From: Candidatus Saccharimonadales bacterium
GTDB lineage: Bacteria > Patescibacteriota > Saccharimonadia > Saccharimonadales > JBGSXW01
NCBI GenBank assembly: GCA_041751215.1
Contig: JBGSXW010000005.1
Coordinates: forward strand, 131,664 to 195,663
Length of the DNA: 64,000 nt
Direction: 5' to 3'
In this document: positions 44,564-52,335 of the stretch, in pieces
How positions within the stretch are numbered: the stretch's first letter is position 1
How the letters are laid out: each line of letters begins with the position of its first letter
Notes under the pieces: generated by a model
Told to the model about the DNA's origin: nothing
The model's input: the letters and a program-made list of their open reading frames with translations, nothing else
The model's database searches: none
Translations under genes and position numbers: made by a program

Positions 44564-46050
44564 TTAAGAACCAAATGTTGCATCTGGGTTTGTAAACGGC
44601 TTAGCACAGTAGCGCACTGATGCCTCTAGGGTTTGCCCAGCGGTAAACGCACCTGTTGCTGGTGACCCTGATTCAATTTCTGGGTATATCTTATCTAGTG
44701 TTGATACGTTTCTGTCCTGGAACCAAAGTTTGGTAGTCTGACCGGCGTTTTTAACCCAGTGCCCCACAACCCATTGTCCCACAAAATCGTACCCTGTCTG
44801 CCAGAGCGCATGGGCAGAGGTAGTAGTTGGTGCGTCATGCGAAGCGCCGGCATTTAAGCCAACATTAAAATCGATCTCTTCGTCCCACCGAGCTCGCTCA
44901 GTTGTATCTTGGGTTGGCCAACTAGACGCAAGATTATCGCGACGGAAATGCTCCCACGTTGCCATGCCTAGGTACCCAGTTATGAACGTGCCAGCTCGAA
45001 GCCACTCGATATAAATATCAAGGTCGAGGCCAGCCGAGTTAAGCGTATAAGTCGCAATGAAGTCAGCTAGTGGGCTGGCATCAAACGAGTGGTGTAGTTG
45101 GTTTGACTTTACGACGACCAATTCTGTGCCCATAATAATCTCCCCATCGCTAGGGGTGACAGGAGAGCCATCCATGGTAAAGCTTATGGATACTTCATTT
45201 TCGTATCCATGAGATTTACCACCCAAATAGCCAGTGTTCGAACCGCCAGACGGATAGGCAGTGATCGCCACTTCGGCCGAAGAAGTCTCGTTCATTAACC
45301 AGTGAATGAGTTTCGTCCGCACATTTACTGTGTCTTCTAGGTCTTCGTCACCCGTTCCCCACCATATTGTATCGCCCGTGCTACCCACGAACGAAAGTCT
45401 ATCGTTTGTAGCAAGAACATTGGCGTATCCAGTATTTGTAATTCTTACGGTGTGCGACGTATCAGTTAAACCACGGGCCATCATGGTTTGTATGGCTGCA
45501 GACGACGATCGGTAGGTATCAATAATACGGTCGGTTGGGTTCAACGTCCCACCATTAGCAACTAGTGCAGTTGAGGCCAGTTTACCTAAATCAACCCACG
45601 CTTGAGCCGTGGGTAACGTGTTGGCTGCTGTATTATCACCATCGATAGTTACAAGATGGATGCCCCCAGCCCAGACATATTAAAAGTAAAAGCTAAAGAT
45701 TGGCCAGTGCCAGTGAATTCTAGATACGAATCTGTCGTAGTGCAAGTCGCTGTGGTTGCAGCAGAACCTGACCAGGTGCCAGTAAGGGTGATGCCTGAGC
45801 CACCTACTGTTGCAGACGCAAGTACAAGGTCACAGGCGGCAATGGTTCGAGCGGTGTAGCCGGTAAGTGTGAATTGTTCTAGCTTCCAGCGAATCCACTC
45901 TCCACCACCATGATCCTGCCACATGTAATAATCATTGCCAGTGCGACTGATGGCTGCCCTTCCTGCCCCCTCCATCTCTGAGACCGGAAATGGCGTAAAG
46001 GGTACGATCGGTGTTTGAGCCGCCGCGAAACCAATCTTCATTGTGCTCAT
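44564..46050 (-). pseudogene. frameshifted paralog of 46111-47613 (split into 133-aa and 326-aa ORFs)
   Basis: The 133-aa ORF aligns with the N-terminus of the 509-aa paralog (MSTMKIGFAAAQ vs MSPRIGFFAAQ). The 326-aa frame stays open upstream to 45679 and reads GGIHLVTIDGDNTAANTLPTAQAWVDLGKLASTALVANGGTLNPTDRII, against the paralog's GGIVKVEIDGETSAANLLQTAQQWVDAGKLVNTALVANGGTLNPTDRIL. The frames switch at the C5 run 45663-45667. Confidence 0.65.
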
Positions 46051-46110
46051 AGTTCTACCCGCAATAAGCTTATTAGTTTATTCATATGTCCCATATCTTG
46101 TTCGTTATCC

Positions 46111-47613
46111 CTAGGATCCGAACGTTGCATCAGGGTTTGTAAAAGGTGCCAGACACCACTTAATTGTTGCTTCCCAGACAGTGTTGTCATAGACGGGGCC
46201 TGCATATCCAACCTCTGGGTAAGCACGGTCAATACTGATCGTCCCATCCGAAGGATCCTGAAAAAAGACATTATCGAGTGGTCCAGCAACGACCTGATGG
46301 CCCATGGCCCAAGAAGAGGCCCAGTCATCACTTGAAGACCAAAAAACGAGCTCTGAATTTACGGTTGGTGCATCGTATGTGCTGTTATTGTCCAGACTAG
46401 CAGTTATTGGGGCGTTGTCATCATAACGGAAGTACTCGTCAAAATGTCCATGATGAGATGGCCAGTTGAACATGTCTCTTCGCATGTGTTGACTTGAAAA
46501 TTTACCAATGTAGGCCTGTACAAATGAAGCAGTTTGCACACCTGACCCCAAGACCTCAGGGTCACCGTTGGCCGAAAAGTCCACGGTTATGTCTGCTATA
46601 AGACCTTCAGCGTTTAGCGCGTAATGACAGTAACCATCATACAAATAGTCGGGGTCGACTATGTCTGGGTGGTGAATTGCATTATGTTTATACACGCCTA
46701 CAGAGCCGGTGCTGGCTATGATGTCGCCATCAGCCATCACCACATCTACCCCGTCAACCTGTGGGCTAAAAGAAACTTCCTCTTCGTATCCGTGCGCCGA
46801 TCCAGACACGTAACCTATGTCTGTACCACCCACCGGCGTAACGCGGGTTGGGTACTCAAGTGTTGAACCATTCTGAACCATCCACCGCACAAGGCTAATT
46901 ACTGCTGCCGGGTCGGTAATGTCGGTATTACTATTCCCCCAGCGCACAAGATCTGTTGCCGCCGTTACGTAAGAGAAGATGTTACTGCTTGAGGTAGAGT
47001 TTTGGTACCCAGTGACAGTTAGGCGCGCAGTATGACTACCGGGTCCTAGTTGGCGTGCAACTTGTGTGAACAGGTTGTTAATGGCACCCGACCTGTAGGT
47101 ATCTAGTATTCGGTCAGTTGGGTTTAGTGTGCCACCGTTTGCAACTAGAGCTGTATTAACAAGCTTGCCGGCGTCGACCCACTGCTGAGCTGTTTGTAGT
47201 AGATTTGCTGCTGAGGTCTCGCCGTCTATTTCAACCTTCACGATACCGCCATTGGCGTAAAAACGTGGAGCGACACCCAGCGCACCACCTTCACCGGTAA
47301 ACTCGATGTAGTCTCCTGGAGTTGAGCTGAACGTGGTTGCACCTACAGTCCAACCGGACCCAACTCTCGTAACCGTTGAGGCGGCTTCTGGTATGGATAC
47401 AAACATCAAATCTTGAGCGTCAAGGGCACGAAATGTATACGTTGAGGAGACTTGGTTGAATGAAAAACGTCCCCACTCGCCATCACCGTGAGATTGGAAC
47501 AGGTGGTAGCTTGTGCCTGATCGTTGTATTGCGACTTGTCCGTCACCCTCCAAGGCACTGAGCAGTGAAGTTTCTTGCGCCTGCGCAGCAAAAAAGCCAA
47601 TACGAGGGCTCAT
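46111..47613 (-). CDS. hypothetical ~500-aa protein, fibre-locus paralog (intact copy)
   Basis: Start placed at the ATG at 47613 by alignment with the paralog, forming an ATGA overlap with the upstream stop. Shares the C-terminal ...PFTNPDATFGS with 44564-45544. No signal peptide. Confidence 0.6.
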   Translation of the reverse strand: MSPRIGFFAAQAQETSLLSALEGDGQVAIQRSGTSYHLFQSHGDGEWGRFSFNQVSSTYTFRALDAQDLMFVSIPEAASTVTRVGSGWTVGATTFSSTPGDYIEFTGEGGALGVAPRFYANGGIVKVEIDGETSAANLLQTAQQWVDAGKLVNTALVANGGTLNPTDRILDTYRSGAINNLFTQVARQLGPGSHTARLTVTGYQNSTSSSNIFSYVTAATDLVRWGNSNTDITDPAAVISLVRWMVQNGSTLEYPTRVTPVGGTDIGYVSGSAHGYEEEVSFSPQVDGVDVVMADGDIIASTGSVGVYKHNAIHHPDIVDPDYLYDGYCHYALNAEGLIADITVDFSANGDPEVLGSGVQTASFVQAYIGKFSSQHMRRDMFNWPSHHGHFDEYFRYDDNAPITASLDNNSTYDAPTVNSELVFWSSSDDWASSWAMGHQVVAGPLDNVFFQDPSDGTISIDRAYPEVGYAGPVYDNTVWEATIKWCLAPFTNPDATFGS

Positions 47614-50279
47614 GCAGTAAGGGCTCCGATTGCCACCCATTCATTTGTGGCGCGCTTGTAAAGCGTTGCGCCCGAATATCGAGCAGAGACAGCCAGGTTA
47701 CCAGACTCAGAGTTTACAGTGACGCCAGTGCCTCCAACAATCGTAGTTTGGCCTACGCCGTACTGTACGATGTCAATTCGGGTACCAATCGGGAATGCAA
47801 CGTCAGTATTTGGCGGTACTTCTACAGTATTTGGGTCGGCGTGGTTCATCTCGACCGTTTTCCCTTGATCGGCCAGCGCCAAGGTGTAGTCGGTTGTGGC
47901 TTGGGTATTGATTACCGCTGGACCACCAGCTGCCAGCCAGCCAGTATTGCCGGTGCCAACCGTTTTTACGTAGAAGATGCCGTTAGTGGTATCTTTGTAG
48001 GTTGCGCCTACTGGAGCAGTCACGCTACCTTCCGGGGATCCAGCACCTTGCCGCAACAGGTTTGTCACAATATTTCCCAGAACTGAACCGCTGTTGCGAA
48101 TAGTTAGTTCCCCGACCCCACCGCGCGTAATGAAGGTGTCCATGCCGCTAGCCCCACCAGCTCCAAGGGCAATAACAGGGCTATTTATGCCAAGCAATGC
48201 GTTAGATAATGTGGAGTTGGCAATGAGGACTTGTGACTGCGCGTCGGTTGAAGCAGCATGCAGCGAGAGCACCGGATATCCAAATAGGTTGGAAATCTGC
48301 AAACGTCCATTGGTGGTTAGGTTTAAATCAAGCGTACCGGTCAGTGTCCCCACAAAACTCGCTCCACCAAGGGTGTTGAGCAGCATCAGTGTGCCTAAGG
48401 GGTTGGCGGTATAGGCCATCAGGAACTGGATAGCCATAAATGTCACTGTTGGTGTGTTAGGATGCACCCCATCGTAAGATAGGTCATAAGGGTCGTTGGT
48501 GCTGGCTACGCTGCCGAAGCTGCCTCGAGCGTCAACAACTGCGCAGCCCAGCGAGCGAGCACTGCTTCGTACGGCCAGTGCTTTAGCCGCTGGATTATTG
48601 CCACCGCCACCTATCCAAGGCACCCAAACACTAATTGACCCTACGCCAATAGTGTTAAGGCTGCCAACTAATGAAGTTAGTGCTGCAGCATAACTGGCCA
48701 CGGACTGGTTATAGCCAGCTTGAACTATAACGTGCGGATCACGGCCAGTGTAGGCGGCTAGCTTTTCTATGAAGTCTAAGCCGCGGGCGGGGTTGTCGTT
48801 GAAGGTATCGAGCGTGTAGCCAGTGTGAGCACAACGCCACACCCGGACGCCCTTAGTGGCATTGCCTACTGTCGGCAATACACCTTCAAGGATGGTATTG
48901 CCGGTTGAGCCAATCCAAACGTCGTGGCTGGCGTAAGTAGTAAGATCCACGAAGGTTATGTTGCTGGCCCCATTGCCAGTTGAAGTATCGATGGTAGCGA
49001 CAACAGAGCCACCGGCGCCGCCATCTCTGACCGTGAGAGTTCCAGTCCCTTCGCTCCACAGCACAAATACACCATCACAGATGGCGGTGTTTGAGGCAGA
49101 TTGCCCGTTGGTCATAGAACCCGAGTAACCAGCAAAACCAGTCGCAGTCGTAGTGCCGCCTAGCGAGGTCATACGATTACCGCCAAGCTCTAAGGAGGTG
49201 GCGTTGTGCTTGTAGCCCACGACAGGGTTGGTGGTCAATGTGAGGTCGGTGTTGTGAAGCGCAGCTAGTTGTTTATAGAACATTAGCGACCAGCCGAATT
49301 CCGAAATAGAATCGCCCAAGATGACGATGTCAACGGGCTCAGTCTCAACATTGGCTAAATCAGTAAACCAACCAGCAAGATCAGGGTCACGCATTAGCAC
49401 GCCGCCAGCCTCAGGAACCGTCTGTGCCTCTAGAGCGGTTATGTCATCGCCGATTCCAGACAGTGTTGAGTCAACATACGCCTTAGTGCTTTGCTGCGTC
49501 GGTACCATGGTCGCTGAATCTGAGACCATGTCATCCTCATCAACCACAAAGTCCATATCAGCCGTTGAGGTGTCAGTCTCAAGTACTGCGCCTGCGCTTG
49601 CTACTGCGGCGCTAAAGTCGGTGACGTTCGCAGCTGTATGGGTGTGGCCGGTGTCGCTTTTTCCGTCTAGTGCAGTTTGAGTTGCGCTAGAAACTGGCTT
49701 GTCGGCGTCGGCAGTGTTGTCAACATTGCCAAGCCCAACATCGCCAGCAGTCAAAGACAGGTCAGTCTTAACTTGGGCTGGGGTTCGGTTTGTCCAGGCA
49801 CCGGCTTTGCGTTGCAAGATATCATCGTTGCTAGGAGACAGACCAGAGATTGCAGTTAAATCAGCGTCGCTGTCCTGCTTACCAGACAAGTCTGTAGTCA
49901 AATCTGCAATCTTGCTTTGCTCGATGGCCGCTCCGCCTGAGATGTCGGCATTAACAATGGTTCCGTTAGCAATCTTGGCACTTGTTATGGCGCTGTTAGC
50001 AACTGTTGGGCTATCTGAAGTCCCGCTCAGATCCCCTGTAAGTCGCAACACACCCTTGGTTCCGGCATCAGCATCCGGCACACCACCACTATTGAGCTTG
50101 GTTTGAACCGCATCAGCTAAGTGAGACTCCGGAATACCGGCAGCTGGCCGCACATACTTATCTGCAATTACTCCGGTGTTCTTTAGTGAACCGTTGTTAT
50201 TGTGGGCAACCTTCAAGAAGGTATTGAGAATATCCCCCCAATTACCGTCATCTCCTCCAGGCTTTGGTAGTCTTGCCAT
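47610..50279 (-). CDS. phage tail-fibre-like protein with central SGNH/GDSL hydrolase domain
   Basis: The N-terminal third has fibre-type motifs (TKGVLRLTGDLSGTSDSPTV, GLGNVDNTADADKPVSSATQTALDGK). The centre has VILGDSISEFGW (SGNH block I) and YDGVHPN (block V). The C-terminus has GSPEGSVTAPVGATYKDTTNGIFYVKTVGTGNTGW plus a terminal beta domain. No signal peptide. Confidence 0.7.
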   Translation of the reverse strand: MARLPKPGGDDGNWGDILNTFLKVAHNNNGSLKNTGVIADKYVRPAAGIPESHLADAVQTKLNSGGVPDADAGTKGVLRLTGDLSGTSDSPTVANSAITSAKIANGTIVNADISGGAAIEQSKIADLTTDLSGKQDSDADLTAISGLSPSNDDILQRKAGAWTNRTPAQVKTDLSLTAGDVGLGNVDNTADADKPVSSATQTALDGKSDTGHTHTAANVTDFSAAVASAGAVLETDTSTADMDFVVDEDDMVSDSATMVPTQQSTKAYVDSTLSGIGDDITALEAQTVPEAGGVLMRDPDLAGWFTDLANVETEPVDIVILGDSISEFGWSLMFYKQLAALHNTDLTLTTNPVVGYKHNATSLELGGNRMTSLGGTTTATGFAGYSGSMTNGQSASNTAICDGVFVLWSEGTGTLTVRDGGAGGSVVATIDTSTGNGASNITFVDLTTYASHDVWIGSTGNTILEGVLPTVGNATKGVRVWRCAHTGYTLDTFNDNPARGLDFIEKLAAYTGRDPHVIVQAGYNQSVASYAAALTSLVGSLNTIGVGSISVWVPWIGGGGNNPAAKALAVRSSARSLGCAVVDARGSFGSVASTNDPYDLSYDGVHPNTPTVTFMAIQFLMAYTANPLGTLMLLNTLGGASFVGTLTGTLDLNLTTNGRLQISNLFGYPVLSLHAASTDAQSQVLIANSTLSNALLGINSPVIALGAGGASGMDTFITRGGVGELTIRNSGSVLGNIVTNLLRQGAGSPEGSVTAPVGATYKDTTNGIFYVKTVGTGNTGWLAAGGPAVINTQATTDYTLALADQGKTVEMNHADPNTVEVPPNTDVAFPIGTRIDIVQYGVGQTTIVGGTGVTVNSESGNLAVSARYSGATLYKRATNEWVAIGALTA

Positions 50280-50457
50280 CTAGATCAACCCTTGTATCTG
50301 TTTCTCAAGAGCACTCCGCTCCATAACACTTATGATTGATAGTATCGCAGAGTTTGTAACGGTAGTAAATAGATTCATCGAACTTATTTGGGGATTATTA
50401 ATCCTTCTCTAAGCTAACTTGGGCTATTCTTTGCGGCATAAAGCTAAGGAGGAGAAG

Positions 50458-51795
50458 ATGAAAAAACTAACCAGTAAAATCGCTGTCCTGTCACTTTTTG
50501 GGATTCTTGGCGGTGTTGTAGCATTTGCTTTTGCTAAGCCAGTTATCGCGGCTGAGCCCGGGCAAGTTTTAATAACGGAATTCATGGCAGATCCAAGCCA
50601 AGTAACCGACAGCCGCGGAGAGTGGGTAGAGATTAAGAACATATCTCACGAAGAGATTGATTTAACTGGTTGGGATATCGATGGCAGCACTATCAGCGGC
50701 AACTTAGTAATGCCGAGCCAATCAAGTGCCGTGATATGTCGCAACCTTGATACGGCTCAAAACGGGGGAGTTGTTTGCAACGCTAGTAGTGGGTTCTCAC
50801 TTACAAATAGCGGCGACACCATTAACCTTAGAGATCAAAACAATCAGGTAGTCGATACAGTGATTTACTCCTCAGAGCAAGTCAGCGCTGGGCACAGCAC
50901 TGAGCTCAAAGACTCCGATTTAGTAGTTAATCAGACACACCAGTACGGAGATGGGGATTTCGGTACGCCTGCCAACAACCCATTCGGGGGAGTGTTGGTG
51001 CATAGTGTGCTAGAAAAGAACGGCAATAAGCATCCTGATTTGCTCGGCGGTGAACAGTATTCCTCTGACTGGCAGGTCAACTTATATAAAGTTACGGATA
51101 GTGGCTGGGAGTATCGTAATAATACAACCACAACAGGCATGAACTGGCCTAATTCCGCTGGATTTGCAACTAGCCCGGGGGAGTACGCAGCGTGTTTAGT
51201 TGTACCAGATAATCACTACGAAACTTTTGCTAAACAAGTTAGTGGTTGGTTCTCGTACAGCAACACAGAAACCGAAAATCTTAGTGATGCTGAAATAATC
51301 AATGACCCTCTATGCAGCTTAGTAACGGTTGAAGCAGACCAAATTAGTCAGCACATCTTTGGAGCACGCAAAAAATTTGCAGAAAATTCGATACTTCGGA
51401 TTCATGTACTCAATGATTTAAATGGTAATGGGCAAGTTGACTATGGACAGGAAGGCGAACTATTGGCCGGCTGGGAGGTGCGTTTGTACAAGCTGCAAGA
51501 CTGGCAGAATGGACTGTCTTTAGATCCACAAAGTGCGACTGTCACAACAGGGCTGTCTTACGGCGATTCAGCCAGCTTTACGCTTGATGATTCAACGCCA
51601 AATTGGATAGTTTGCTTAGAGCAGCAGTTAGGATTCAGTCAAACGTTTGAACGAATCATTACTTCATATGTAAGCACCAAGGACGCAGGGACCCAGAATT
51701 TAAGCAATACTAGCGATGAAGGAGAAAAGTGCATAGAAGTAAGTATAAAGAACGGAGAGCTCCAGTCGTTACTGTTTGGAGTAAGTGCAGGATAG
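50458..51795 (+). CDS. lamin-tail-domain (LTD) protein with two SdrD-B/Cna-B-like repeats
   Basis: Start at MKKLTSKIAV, preceded by AAGGAGGAG (50447-50455), with a signal/anchor. LTD motif VLITEFMADPSQVTDSRGEWVEIKNIS..IDLTGWDIDG. Later repeats contain ..GGEQYSSDWQVNLYK.. and ..GELLAGWEVRLYK.. Confidence 0.65.
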   Translation: MKKLTSKIAVLSLFGILGGVVAFAFAKPVIAAEPGQVLITEFMADPSQVTDSRGEWVEIKNISHEEIDLTGWDIDGSTISGNLVMPSQSSAVICRNLDTAQNGGVVCNASSGFSLTNSGDTINLRDQNNQVVDTVIYSSEQVSAGHSTELKDSDLVVNQTHQYGDGDFGTPANNPFGGVLVHSVLEKNGNKHPDLLGGEQYSSDWQVNLYKVTDSGWEYRNNTTTTGMNWPNSAGFATSPGEYAACLVVPDNHYETFAKQVSGWFSYSNTETENLSDAEIINDPLCSLVTVEADQISQHIFGARKKFAENSILRIHVLNDLNGNGQVDYGQEGELLAGWEVRLYKLQDWQNGLSLDPQSATVTTGLSYGDSASFTLDDSTPNWIVCLEQQLGFSQTFERIITSYVSTKDAGTQNLSNTSDEGEKCIEVSIKNGELQSLLFGVSAG

Positions 51796-51837
51796 TTGAG
51801 GTGCCCCATTAATCAACTTGTAGTATCATAACGGTAA

Positions 51838-52326
51838 ATGCTAAAGCTACTGTCTAAACTACAGATTCTACTTTTGGTCTTTGTTGCTGCCATCGTTCTC
51901 AGCACCAGTCCTACAGTTGCTACTCCTTACGGTTGCGGTGAGTACGGGGAAGGGGATTTTAACGAAGACCCTGCTTGCATCGAAGGAACTGATGGTACCG
52001 GCGGAACAGGTGGAACTGGCGGCGGAGAAGGTGACCCAGACGGCCCAGTTGACAATGATCCAGACGACGACCGTGATCCTGACACTGAACCTGGTGATGA
52101 TGACGAAGAAGAGCCCGATCCACTCCTACCAGAAGAGAGCGGCTCGGACGACGATGATCAAAGCGAGTCCGAAGCCGGAGCGCTAGAGAGCTTCTTGAAA
52201 GACTGGGGAGTAAAGGCTCTGTTTGGCATCATTTTCTTGGCCGGTCTTTGGTTCTTCATCATCTTGCTTAGACGCAGACGAGACGAGCCAGAAGACGAAC
52301 CGCCAACCTACTTTCCGCAAGGTTAA
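51838..52326 (+). CDS. signal-peptide protein with highly acidic G/D/E/P low-complexity region and C-terminal TM anchor
   Basis: N-terminal LLLVFVAAIVLS, then GTDGTGGTGGTGGGEGDPDGPVDNDPDDDRDPDTEPGDDDEEEPD, then the TM segment ALFGIIFLAGLWFFIILL followed by RRRRD. Confidence 0.5.
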   Translation: MLKLLSKLQILLLVFVAAIVLSTSPTVATPYGCGEYGEGDFNEDPACIEGTDGTGGTGGTGGGEGDPDGPVDNDPDDDRDPDTEPGDDDEEEPDPLLPEESGSDDDDQSESEAGALESFLKDWGVKALFGIIFLAGLWFFIILLRRRRDEPEDEPPTYFPQG

Positions 52327-52335
52327 CCTCGAACT

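Noticed and set aside
47565-50106. Multiple + strand ORFs (47565-48086, 48094-48414, 48496-48693, 49321-49680, 49677-49859, 49699-50106) inside the 889-aa gene
   Set aside because: All are antisense to a long ORF with strong domain signatures. Their Ala/Ser/Pro/Thr-rich translations are typical shadow frames of a GC-rich, Gly/Thr/Ala-rich gene.
44564-50279. Intact prophage, or a diversity-generating retroelement acting on the fibre paralogs
   Set aside because: No integrase, terminase, capsid, portal, tape-measure or reverse-transcriptase ORF is in or next to the locus. DNA differences between the conserved C-terminal ends of the two paralogs are spread over all base types (e.g. aga acc aaa tgt vs gga tcc gaa cgt) rather than being adenine-specific as in TR/VR pairs.
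51881-52186. 101-aa same-strand alternative-frame ORF inside 51838-52326
   Set aside because: It arises from the low-complexity GAT/GAC/GGT-rich tract. The +1-frame product has no signal, no motif and no RBS. The annotated frame has a signal peptide and a TM anchor.
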